Shown piece by piece: positions 25,026 through 37,004 of a stretch of 64,000 bases of DNA. This DNA comes from Eledone cirrhosa. Its lineage: Eukaryota. The position numbers and the translations under genes are program-made. Location of the stretch: contig OZ024743.1 in assembly GCA_964016885.1 (NCBI GenBank), positions 289,788,001-289,852,000 of the forward strand. The letters are read 5' to 3'. The notes under the pieces are model-generated. The model saw nothing but the letters and a program-made list of their open reading frames with translations. It did not search any database and was not told where the DNA came from. How positions within the stretch are numbered: position 1 is the stretch's first letter; each line of letters starts with the position of its first letter.

Positions 25026-25203
25026 TGGCAGTATCGGTAGAGGGTTGGACGCCATGCTTTCTAGCATAGTTACGTCCCTTTACGGTTTGAGTTCAAATCC
25101 CGCCGAGGTTAACTTTGCCTTTCATCCTTACGGGGTCGATAAAATAAAGTACCAGTAATGTACTGGTTAATTGCTGGCCTTGTGCCTAAATTAGAAACAA
25201 TTA
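25026..25203 (+). mobile_element. Nin-domain tRNA-derived SINE, sense orientation
   Basis: A box TGGCAGTATCGG, B box GTTCAAATCC, Nin/Deu-like core GCCTTTCATCCTTACGGGGTCGATAAAATAAAGTACCAG. Confidence 0.88.
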
Positions 25204-25267
25204 TTGAGGTAAATTCGATGACTTTCTTTGCAGTAATAATAACACTAATTCACGTTTTTCAAAATGC

Positions 25268-25352
25268 GTACATATATATATGTGTGCATGTATGTATATA
25301 GATATACATACTACTGTACGTCTGTATACATATATGTATGTACGTGTACATA

Positions 25353-25358
<6 letters not shown>
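25268..25358 (+). repeat. Solo fragment of the retrozyme-like unit
   Basis: CATACTACTGTACGTCTGTATACATATATGTATGTACGTGTACATACTTATA matches the array 2 unit. Confidence 0.8.
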
Positions 25359-25409
<51 letters not shown>

Positions 25410-25802
25410 ATGTATGTGTGTGTATCTATCTGGTTGACGGGTGATGGAAAAGAGTATTCAATACCGCAATAGTTTTAATATTCAATCTACGAAGCTATAT
25501 AGTACGTCTTTCAACTCTGGAACTTTGCCTTTATTAAACAGGCAAAACTTTCACTATTTAGCGTTAATGAAATGGATGTGTTGCATAACGTTGAGTGTAT
25601 TTCCTACTATTATATCATGATTAACGATAAGGAATGACCAGATCTGTCCAGTGGTAAACCACCGACTTAGATGAATATATATATATATATGAGAGTATTG
25701 ATGTTTGCCTGAAGCATTGTGGAATAATACGTAAATATCTTTAAGTCGTTTGGAAGCCTCGACAATGCAAATGGGTAAATCTCCGTTAACAAGATCCGGT
25801 GG

Positions 25803-25866
<64 letters not shown>

Positions 25867-25916
25867 TAAGTGGGTGTACGTTGAGATGCGTGGCGTGTAT
25901 AAGACGTGTAGAGGAA

Positions 25917-25991
<75 letters not shown>

Positions 25992-26619
25992 TGAGAGGGA
26001 AAAAGGAGTTTAATATATAACAGGTGTCCTTTAGAAGATTCATTTACATTACATTTAGCGGTTTCACAATTTCACGATTTTCAAAAGTTAAGTCTGATGG
26101 AGAGGTGTGTGGCTACACCGTGATGTGTCCCGCATACGATTGAGGTTGGGAAATAATTCCCCTTTAAAGTAAAAAAAGTGTTTCAGATTGCTGCCTGTTG
26201 AAGTACAATTTGATGAGGTGATGATGATCACATAAAATGTTACAAAAATTGTGAATATCATATTTGTGAGCGTGGCTGGTGATAATCCATAAAAATTACA
26301 TTTACAAGAATGTTATTCGTGTGTTTGTGTGTATGTACGTCCGAAAAGCATATATGTAGTTTCCTTCAACACCGGAATATGTAGAGACACGTGACAAGTT
26401 AAGATAATAATAATAATTGTTTTTAAGCACAAGGCCAGCAATTTGGGGGGGGGGGGGCAGGAGGAGAAAGTCGATTAAATAGACCTTGGTGCGTTACTGG
26501 CCCTTTATTTTATCAGTCCTTTTACTTAATGACCACCCGTATTTCAATAAGTATATATTAGAAGGAAGGAATTTAAATAAAGCTGCATGAGAGCGAATGA
26601 CTAGAAGAAGTAATGCGTG

Positions 26620-28250
26620 AAATTAAACTGTAAATATGCCAAGAGGGCAAAGTAGCCAAGGAATGGAGAGATGCAATAATGATCCCTTTATACAAGACTA
26701 AATTCAAGCAGGATAAATGCGGAATTTGTAGAGAAATAGTTCTTCCTTGTGTGGCAGGTATTATTCTCACATCACCCATGCTTTCATGAATAAAATATAA
26801 TGTAACAAACTTCATTTTACCAGAATCACAACGTGGATTTCTACCCAAAACAAATACAATTAATATGATCTTTAGAGCACATTAAATTCAAGAAAAGTGT
26901 TACAATCAACAGTAAAATTTATATCAGGTATTTATGAATTTAACAAACACTTTTCCTACGGTTAACAAAACTGCTCTATGGGAGAATGTATTCATGTTAG
27001 GGCGCCCGGAACACTTTGCTAATATAATCAAATCATTTCATAACAACATGGCGGCTTGGGTAAATATTGGTGGTAACATTCCAGAACCACTCAAAGTTAA
27101 AAATGATATTAAGCAAAGTGAACGCAGCTTCTACTCATTCCTCTATTAATTACTGTCTTTCTCAATGATGCTTTTAGTGACTTTAATGAAGGCATCTTCT
27201 TCAGGTATCGCTCCTCCGAGACTCTTTTCAACAATCGGTTCTTGCTGCAAAAGCTACTATCCTCAAACCGCTCATTCGTGATCTTGTTCATGATTCTGAT
27301 CATTTTGCACATTGCATTGACTCACTGATATACAAAACCTCATGAATAAACTATCTTGTATACGTAAAGCTTTTGGATTAAGTATTAGCCCCTATAAAAC
27401 TATATTAATGTTTCAACCTGCTCCATGATTTCTGCGTAGATGTGAAAAAACACAAAATAATTCATTATTTCCATATCTGGAAAGAACAATTAACCGACAT
27501 TGCACATTAGAGTATGAAATAACCTCCCGCATCAAAACTAAAGAAACTGTTTTTCGCAAGTCTTATGGTACGTCTTTGGGGCCGAGAGAGGAAGTAAAAA
27601 AAGCGACGAAAATTCCAGTATACAATGTATATGTTCTATCTTTTCTCTCATAACTCCATGAGACGGATTGTATTTTTCGGGTTTTACTAGAGTACAAACA
27701 CAACAAACATTGAAATATCACAAAATGTAGATGCAGTCAGCATTGAAGCTCACACGTACAAGTACCTTCACCGATGGGATGGCCACGTTGTTAGATCTGA
27801 TGAGCGTAGAAGCCCAAAGCAAATATTTCTGCTGACTAAATAAATGAATCAAGACAACAGCATCACCAAAAACTACGTTTCAAGGATTGTGTGAATGTTT
27901 CTTTAACACAGTCCAAAATTGCCCCATCTCTCTGGAAGGGCATGGCAATAGATACAAAGAAATGGAATCCCGCTGCATCAATAATGTAAGACATCTACAG
28001 GAATCTGCTTCGGAATATGTTAGCATTAAACGTGCAGCTGCGAAAGAACAACATATGGAGACCACTGTACGCCAGTTTGTATGCAATGTACGTGACCGAT
28101 TAAGCATTTTAAAAGCTTGCGGAAATTTGAAACGTCAAATACAACCAATTATTCAGAGTCAATTTAACAGGGGTACATGTGGGAGAGAAATTTCAAATAA
28201 GTCATACTTTACAAGACATTCAAAAGTATATAAACCATCGTTCGGATAAG
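26620..28250 (+). mobile_element. Degenerate RTE (BovB-like) LINE, RT to C-terminus
   Basis: EWRDAIMIPLYK, LPESQRGF, QEKC, FMNLTNTFPTVNKTALW, IIKSFHNNMAA, HRWDGHVVR; many stops and frameshifts. Confidence 0.8.
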
Positions 28251-28749
28251 AGTATAGTGCTGAATGATTGAATGAGAAGTGAATTCCAATGCATTGTGTG
28301 CAACAAAACATGCAAGTCGATATCGGAGAGGACGTTCGTGGATATCAAACATAACTTGTGCATGTAGCACATTTCTTTGACAATTTACGAATATTACTGT
28401 GGTAGATGTTGCTAAAAGAGGTGTTTAAGAACTTACCATTTTCTGATGAAATGTCATTTCGGCCGGGTGCACCGAAAACGATAAACGGAAAAAATGAAAC
28501 GAAATTTCATTTCCCACTCTTAGTACGGCTGTTACTTAAATATAAGTATGTACACGTACATACGTATATGTATACAGATGTACAGTAGTATGTATATATA
28601 TATATACATACATGCACACATATATATATGTATGTATGGATTCACCGAACATTTATTATAATGCTCGGTGTGTTTGTAAACAAACATCCCGTATTAAGCC
28701 GTAGTGTCCAGCAACCATCGTTGCTCGTTTGTTCAACACTGACAAAGGA

Positions 28750-28792
28750 ACGCTGTACTAGTTTCAAGCTTATTAGCTATCATCAGCAACGT
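28750..28792 (-). ncRNA. Type I hammerhead ribozyme (array 2, copy 1)
   Basis: acgttg-CTGATGA-tagct aata agctt-GAAA-ctag-TA-cagcgt. Confidence 0.9.
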
Positions 28793-29056
28793 ATACCTTT
28801 CTGCCAGATTGTTGAACGTATATACTTACCCTATGCATATTAACGGCCGAGTAGCCCAATTTGCATATCGAGTGAGTTAATCGGCCGGGTGCACCGAAAA
28901 CGATAAATGGAAAAAATGAAACGAAATTTCATTTCCCACTCTTAGTACGGCTGTTACTTAAATATAAGTGCACCCGCACAATATGCAAATTGGGCTACTC
29001 AGCCGTTAATATGCATAAGGTAAGTATATACATTCAACAATCTGGCAGAAAGGTAT

Positions 29057-29099
29057 ACGTTGCTGACGATAGCTAATAAGCTTGAAACTAGTACAGCGT
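29057..29099 (+). ncRNA. Type I hammerhead ribozyme (array 2, copy 2)
   Basis: acgttg-CTGACGA-tagct aata agctt-GAAA-ctag-TA-cagcgt. Confidence 0.9.
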
Positions 29100-29476
29100 T
29101 CCTTTGTCAGTGTTGAACAAACGAGCAACGGTGGTTGCTGGACACTACGGCTTAATACGGGATGTTTGTTTACAAACACACCGAGCATTATAATAAATGT
29201 TCGGTGAATCCATACGTACATATATATATGTGTGCATGTATGTATATATATATACATACTACTGTACGTCTGTATACATATATGTATGTACGTGTACATA
29301 CTTATATTTAAGTAACAGCCATACTAAGAGTGGGAAATGAAATTTCGTTTCATTTTTTCCGATTATCGTTTTCGGTGCACCCGGCCGATTAACCCACTGG
29401 ATATGCAAATTGGGCTACTCAGCCGTTAATATGCATAAGGTAAGTATATACATTCAACAATCTGGCAGGAAGGTAT

Positions 29477-29519
29477 ACGTTGCTGATGATAGCTAATAAG
29501 CTTGAAACTAGTACAGCGT
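29477..29519 (+). ncRNA. Type I hammerhead ribozyme (array 2, copy 3)
   Basis: acgttg-CTGATGA-tagct aata agctt-GAAA-ctag-TA-cagcgt. Confidence 0.9.
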
Positions 29520-29896
29520 TCCTTTGTCATTGTTGAACAAACGAGCAACGATGGTTGCTGGACGCTACGGCTTAATACGTGATGTTTGTTTACAAACACA
29601 CCGAGCATTATAATAAATGTTCGGTGAATCCATACGTACATATATATGTGTGTGCATGTATGTATATATATATACATACTACTGTACGTCTGTATACATA
29701 TATGTATGTACGTGTACATACTTATATTTAAGTAACAGTCGTACTAAGAGTGGGAAATGAAATTTCGTTTCATTTTTTCCGTTTATCGTTTTCGGTGCAC
29801 CCGGCCGATTAACCCACTGGATATGCAAATTGGGCTACTCAGCCGTTAATATGCATAAGGTAAGTATATACATTCAACAATCTGGCAGGAAGGTAT

Positions 29897-29939
29897 ACGT
29901 TGCTGATGATAGCTAATAAGCTTGAAACTAGTACAGCGT
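29897..29939 (+). ncRNA. Type I hammerhead ribozyme (array 2, copy 4)
   Basis: acgttg-CTGATGA-tagct aata agctt-GAAA-ctag-TA-cagcgt. Confidence 0.9.
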
Positions 29940-30211
29940 TCCTTTGTCAGTGTTGAACAAACGAGCAACGATGCTTGCTGGAAAATACGGCTTAATACGG
30001 GTGTTTGTTTACAAACACACCGAGCATTATAATAAATACGTACATATAATATACGTGTGCATGTATTTATATATATATATACATACTATAGTACGTCTGT
30101 ATACATATATGTATGTACGTGTACATACTTATATTTAAGTAACAGCCGTACTAAGAGTGGGAAATGAAATTTAGTTTCAATTTTTCCGTTTATATATATA
30201 TATATATATAT

Positions 30212-30708
30212 TAGGAAAATAAGGAAAAAAAGTAGAAAATGCGAATAGGATTTCCTCATAGAATAATAGCAAAACACTTTTTAAAAAGTAATCTATCATA
30301 GCGATTTCAGCCGATAATTATTTCGGCTTCTTCATGTTACAGGGAATGTGATAAAAAGTATATGATGAAATTAAGGTGTATATTAATTAGAAGTGTATTT
30401 CTGTAGGGAATGCTGTCATTCTTCATTTGCCCATTGGTGTTATTATTGGGTGCTAGTTGCATTTTCGTCCTCATTGTACTGGTCGTATAGTTCCTCGCTG
30501 TCATAATTTTCTAAAGAGTTCTGCAATGTCTTCTTTCATTTCGTAGTAGTTTGGACGGTTGGTGTACATTTGAGCCCTTTGGAGAGTATGTTGATTTGGT
30601 CTGTTGTTAGTTCTTTAGCAGTTAATAATTGATTAATTTTATTACTTTTGGTCTCTCTTGAACGTCTTGTGTCATCTCGTATCCCTGTGTCTGTGTATTG
30701 GGTCTAAA
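30212..30708 (-). mobile_element. Internally deleted PLE: N-terminal ORF motif joined to a 3' tail with a decayed HHR (30293-30342)
   Basis: Minus translation KVIKLIN../LTTDQINILSKGLKCTPT../EMKEDIAELFRKL (PLE N-terminal LSKGL.F.PTP motif); ctgtaa-CATGAAGA-agccga..tcggct-GAAA-tcgc-TA-tgatag. Confidence 0.65.
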
Positions 30709-30749
30709 TATATATATAAATATAACGAAGGAATTGTGGTAAGGAACCA

Positions 30750-30908
30750 GATGGGCCATAACGCACCAGATTACTCAATACTTAGGGTAGTAGAGTGGGT
30801 AATAGAAAAAGTATGACCCCGACGACAGAGCTGAAGCCGTTTCTGGACTCCAGAAATAGCCGTCGAAACGGCTTGAGTTCTGCCGTCAGGGTCATACGTT
30901 TTCCTATA
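30750..30908 (+). repeat. Short palindromic (fold-back) element, family A, ending at TA repeats
   Basis: Leader ACTCAATACTTAGGGTAGTAGAGTGGG, then hairpin GTATGACCC..GAAGCCGTTTC / GAAACGGCTT..GGGTCATAC. Confidence 0.7.
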
Positions 30909-30909
30909 T

Positions 30910-30994
<85 letters not shown>

Positions 30995-31056
30995 GACCCC
31001 ATACATATATATATATGTACATATATATACTAGCCCGGGTTCATATATGTATATAT

Positions 31057-31097
<41 letters not shown>

Positions 31098-31695
31098 ATC
31101 ATTAAAAGAGATATGGAAATAAAAAAACTCGGTAGAAACAAGCACATGAGCAATTCCCGCTCATCGGCTTTCTTTCTGGGGATCCTTATATTCTCGTATG
31201 CTTTATGAAACAGGACTATTCACCCGCCAGTGCATCAACAGAAACCTCGAAGTTATCCACGGATATTTATTTGGGATTAAATCAAAACGGACGTTGAACA
31301 AAACCAACCAGGAAGAAATATCTACATACCTATATGGGACAAGAAAATTGCTACACAGGTAAGGGCTTGGTAACTGTAGTAGAAATGAAGGAATGAATTA
31401 AATTAATACATGTTCGTTCGAAAAATAGCCACAGAACCAATATTAGTAGGAGACATGACGACAGGGACTGACCAGGTCGCTAGTCAGATCACAAAGGCTG
31501 ACACAAAGGCTTGAAAGGCTAGGGCAGTATTAAAAACAACAGTGTGACTTTGATAAAGGCTGTGTGATTACTATGATAATATCATTAAATAAACACGTTG
31601 GCGAATTATAGGAATCAAAACGCGGAATAGACAAGCACAGAGCCAATTCCCACCTAATCGACTGTCTTTCACTCCCCCCATCCCCTCTCTCTCTC

Positions 31696-31731
<36 letters not shown>

Positions 31732-31744
31732 ACAAAGTGGTATG

Positions 31745-31906
31745 GTAAGATAACGGGTGGACCATAACGCACTCGATACTTGGGGTAGTAGAGTAGGAAA
31801 TATGAAAGGATTCGGGAGTACGACGGCTGAACTCCGGCCGTTTCGACAGCTAGATCCGAACTAGCTGTCGAAACTACCGGAGTTCAGCCGTCGGGCTCCT
31901 GAATCC

Positions 31907-31913
<7 letters not shown>
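31745..31913 (+). repeat. Short palindromic (fold-back) element, family B, ending in (TA)n
   Basis: Leader ACTCGATACTTGGGGTAGTAGAGT, then about 110-bp hairpin TATGAAAGGATTC..GACAGCTAG-atccgaa-CTAGCTGTC..GAATCCTTTCATA. Confidence 0.8.
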
Positions 31914-31964
<51 letters not shown>

Positions 31965-32030
31965 GGATTGTTTTTGAAATGCGCATAATAAAATATATTG
32001 AACTCCTTTAACCATCTTTTGATCTTATAT

Positions 32031-32087
<57 letters not shown>

Positions 32088-32174
32088 TTCATTTTAGTCT
32101 ATTGTTAACATGTGTTGCTCAACCATTAGCTTTCCACACACGCCGACACACACTCTCACACATATACACACACC

Positions 32175-32235
<61 letters not shown>

Positions 32236-32679
32236 ACACATATATATACATATATATAAATATGTAAACATATATATATATATTTATGTATGAATTTGAA
32301 ATATTGATTTGAATAGATATTTATACAAATATTTCCCATGCCATGCATATGTGAAATGTAAGAAATGGTAATGTGTATTGTTTCTGAGAAGTAATAGGAT
32401 GTACATAATGGATTGAAACGAGACGAATACAATTGATTATTTTATTGTAATAATGCGAGGATATATCTTGAATAAATAGAAATATGCATCTAAATACCTC
32501 GCATCAAAATCTTCTCATCACAGGGGTCCATATATACGCGGAAATATAAATTTATAAATGAATATTCACTCTTGCGATTATGAGATTCATATGCCGCATG
32601 GGGTGTAGCACGTGTAGATACGAATAACACTAATAAACGCAGATACAAAATTAAATGAGCAAAATGGAAGACACACATG

Positions 32680-32742
<63 letters not shown>

Positions 32743-32763
32743 CCCCCTCCCCACATATATATG

Positions 32764-32795
<32 letters not shown>

Positions 32796-33379
32796 GATAT
32801 GCCTGATATCATATGTATACAAACAAATATTCAGACATGTTGGTACATGAATATAAATATCTGTTCACATGGACATATATGTGCATTCATTGTTGGGTTC
32901 AGAAAACAGAAATGTAGCTTAATATGCAAAATATATCACTAAATTATTTAACATTGGAATACCTTGACTACTTTGCTCATGCTGAAACTTAAATTTACCT
33001 CGACCGACCGTCATATGATGGCAAAGGAAATTGATCAATTGCTATAATGTTTGAAATAAATTGTTCATGCTTTTGTAAGAATGATTTGCGTATCATAATA
33101 ATTCTCGTTATATATATATAGAAAAGGTATTCGATTTCTATGAATGATAACTCTGTAGCGAGCAATATTTACTTGTATGTGTCTTCTGTCAGGGTGGATG
33201 AAAATATATAATCCGTATTTACTTCGATCAAGTCATTGGACTAATATCCATTCATTCATCAAGTGGGTATATTATGGTTCCTTCTGCCATGACTTACAAT
33301 GTGTTTTCTTTTGGAATTGTTTTCGCTAAAGCTTGGGTAGTTTGTTTTGTGGAAGCAAAGCATTCGCCCATGTATTTCT

Positions 33380-33595
33380 GTGACCATTCTTCGCACTGTC
33401 GGCTTATTTTGGAAGGGACAGGTATAGGCTGATACAGCTGGGGATTAGTGTCATTGTAAATCGTGTTTTATCCAACTGGAATAACTGAAGAAACGTGAAT
33501 GTGTTTCTCAAGGTCACACTCCATTCCATTCAGGAATCGAACTCATGACCTAACGATCGTGATGTTAACTACTAATCCATGCGCTGTCGCAGGCG
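33380..33595 (-). mobile_element. Old tRNA-headed SINE relic (related relic about 35400-35560)
   Basis: Minus-strand B box GTTCGATTCC followed by a CCTTGAGAAACACATT core-like block. Confidence 0.5.
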
Positions 33596-33694
33596 TATCA
33601 AATGTTTCCATCTTTCATAAATAATTTTAAGTATTAGAGGAACATATCGTACATATGATAACTAAATGTACACAACTAATACTGCATAATATAA

Positions 33695-33932
33695 ATAATG
33701 GTTTCTGATATAGGCACAAGGCCAGTATTTTAGGGGAGAGGAAAGTCGATTAAATCAACTCCAGTGTGTCGCTGGTACTTTATTTTATCGACCCCGTAAG
33801 GATGAAAGGGAAAGTTAACCTCGGCGGGATTTGAACTCAGATCAACATCATATAAATCATTGTTTCTACGTTAGGCACAAGGCCAGCAAATTACCCAGTA
33901 TATTACTGGTACTTTATTTTATCGACCCCGTA
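33695..33932 (-). mobile_element. Two truncated Nin-domain SINE copies
   Basis: GGCACAAGGCCAG...TTTATCGACCCCGTAA occurs twice. Confidence 0.85.
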
Positions 33933-34664
33933 ATACTACTTAATATGTTAGTTCTAATTGGTTTGCAGCCCATACTTACTTTACTTTAACATATTTATAA
34001 CTTGTAGTATACCTGTATACTTGTAGTATACCTGAAGTATTTAAATTGGCGTTTATTGTCATGTGGTCGGATCATTGTGTTTGTGAATGTGTTGTGATAC
34101 GATGCAAGTGGAGATCATCTGTTTAAATTTCATTGGCGACACTGCAATAGATTAATCAATTACTCTTATTGCTTATCATATGTATACGACTATATTATTT
34201 CTGAGCACAAGTATTACAGGGTGGTTGAGTGGGGACAAGCATTTTACTTAATCATAGCCTCTGGTCGCCCAAAACATTGTAAGTAAAATTGTGTTTACAG
34301 ACACTGTAAGAAATCCCGTTGGCTAGATTGTGCCTGTAATTCAAATGTCCAACATTATTCTATGCTGGCATGCTCAATCTCCTTGCAAATTGCGTTCAGG
34401 GTATATCTGTCTGTGTAAATAAAATATTAATAGTATCAATCACTCCGGTATTGGAAGCTTGAGAAACCAATTGGTATTACTCCTTCCTTCAGACACACCA
34501 AGAGCGAACATTTTGAATTATACCTTATAGTTATTGCAGAAACCTATCACGGAGTAATTTGACGCACAGTCGTCTAATAAAACACTGATTCTGTTTCAAA
34601 TAATATATTAGAAGGCTAAGTGGATACTATATAGAAAAATAAAAACTAATAGCAGTTTGCAATA

Positions 34665-35335
34665 GTAATGGATTCTGATTTAGGCACCAGGCCTAGGATT
34701 TTAGGGGAGAGGAAATTTGATTAAGTCGACTCCAGTGCGTTACTGGTACTTTATTTCATTGACCCCACCCCATAAGGATGAAAGGCAAAGTTAACATCGG
34801 CGGGATTTGAACTATACACCACAAAGCATGCTGTCCGATGTTCTACCGAATCAGAAAAGTAATAATTATTTCTACTTTTGGCACAAGGCCAGCAATTATC
34901 CCAGTACATTACTGCAAAGTAATAATGGTTTCTGATTTAGGCACCAGGCCAACAATATTTTGGGATAGGGAAAGTCGATTATTGGGGTTTATTTTATTGA
35001 CCCCGTAAGCTAACTCCGACAGGATTTGAAATCAGAACGTAAAGGACCATAACTCTATGCCAGCACACATGGTGTCCGACGCTGTACCGATACTACCAAT
35101 CCACCGTCGTAATAATGACTTCTAGTATTGGCACAAGGCCAGTAATTTGGGAAAGGGAAAATCGATTAAATCGACCCCAGTACGTTACTGGTGCTTTATT
35201 TTATCGACCCCGTAAGGATGAAAGGCAAAGTTAACCTCGGCGGGATTTGAAATCAGAACGTTAAGGACCGTAACTCTATACCACTAAACATCTTGTCCGA
35301 CGCTCTACCGATACTACCAATCCACCGTCGTAATA
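34665..35335 (-). mobile_element. Head-to-tail cluster of four Nin-domain SINE copies
   Basis: Repeated TAATGG/ACTTCT..GGCAC(A/C)AGGCC tails at about 34665, 34865, 34922 and 35112, each joined via TAATAAT. Confidence 0.85.
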
Positions 35336-36419
35336 ATGACACTGGTTCGAAGGGTTCTGCTCACTTAAATTAACAGAAAACTCCATTCTATTGCAGGTTT
35401 AATCCAATAAGCTGAGGATACTCCTCTCTTCAACTGACATTATCGGGGAAACGTAAATTGATGTGTTTCCATAAAAGCACAAAGCACTGCCATATACTGG
35501 AACCGTGTTAGTGGTCATGTGATTTTGACTCCAACAATTGAACCACTAAACAGTGTCCTTTTACTTATATACATATACAGTGACATAATAAATATGAAGT
35601 CTTTATAAGCGTGTCAACAGTAGGGTAAATATGGCAAGCAGAGTGTTAGGTATAAAATCTTCATATTCAGTAGATGATAATAGCTTATGTCAGAATAATG
35701 TTCAAAAACTACATGATACGGTGGAGTCTATGTCCTTTAGCCCAAGGGTGAATAAAATGTGTTAAGAGAGCTAAAATACCAATTCTTTCAAAGCAAGCAA
35801 TATAATTTAAGTTGTTGATACAAAGCAGGTTATTAACCATTTGTTACCAGCTCAAAAGCAGGAATTCATTTTGTCTCAACGTAGGTTACTTTATTCTATA
35901 TTCATAAATATAGCATAGCCATGTGAAAAGATACTACTCTTTCTGAGACGAGTGCAACCGCTATCTTCACATCATATCCAAGAAAATATGCGATTCTTAA
36001 TTATTTAAGACTAGGATATATTCTATTTAAAAACTAGCTGAATGACTACTCCACGTGGGTTTTGAGTATGTAACTAATTTCCCATCTGAAAAAAAAATGT
36101 GCGAAGTTCTGTTTCATAGATAATTTTGATAGACACGGAGTAACGTACTTACATCCTTTTGTGAGATTTTATAGTTCCATAAGCCTATATACATAAATTT
36201 ACCAATTGAAATCAATGATTTATTGATATCTTGTAGAAGAAATCAATATTTTGAGATTCAGAAAATAAATCAATGAATATAAAGTAGCATTTATAATATA
36301 TTAATAATATCGGGTTTTTCGAATTCAAAAGTAATGAATAGCTAACTCAATACGATGACTTTTAAAGAGGGGAATGCCAATGCAGTACATAATAAAATTT
36401 GATAATCTAGTATTTCTGT

Positions 36420-36900
36420 CGATCCAGAACTCTTCTCTAGCCACGTACTTAGCAAACATACGGTAATTAGATCGTATTGAGACTACATGAAGTTGGTGCT
36501 TTCTTCAGATTATAGATGACACAATGCAACGGATCTACAGCTAAAAATCTGATACAGAGCATGCCTTCAGCTCGCAGTCGTGTTCAAGTATGGTTCAGCG
36601 TCTACAACACTAACTACACATCAGATAAACAGCTTATATTACATAGGTTATTCCCAATCGTCTTTCCTCAAATGTATTTAGAGAAGGATATAATTCAATG
36701 AGCCTTAGCGATCAAATGGCTATGCAACTGTAAATACATATAACAGAATTTCATAGTTGTAATTTTACTCGAATTTGCCGACAGCGAAAATCACCAGACG
36801 AATGGCTGAACTACAGACAAATGGTTGAACTACGCTTTACTGACACTCTCATTCTTAAGAGTCAGTAAAGCGCCATGTCTCGTATGTATGAGGAATTTTC
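36420..36900 (+). mobile_element. Very decayed RTE-like LINE 3' fragment
   Basis: QLKI*YRACLQLAVVFKYGSASTTLT resembles RTE KL.IYRA.V.S.LLYGSE.WTLT; terminal KAPCLVCMR resembles the RTE ALC end. Confidence 0.4.
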
Positions 36901-36928
36901 TTGAAACAATTCTTACAAAGTTTGACTT

Positions 36929-37004
<76 letters not shown>

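Larger units (their letters stand above)
28460..30190. mobile_element. Retrozyme-like array 2: about 1.2 units on minus (28460-28968), then about 3 tandem 420-bp units on plus
   Basis: HHRs at 29057, 29477 and 29897, exactly 420 bp apart; same family as 2851-4586. Confidence 0.88.

Noticed and set aside
28970-30190. CRISPR-like array
   Set aside because: Whole 420-bp units repeat with no unique spacers; eukaryotic context and no cas genes.
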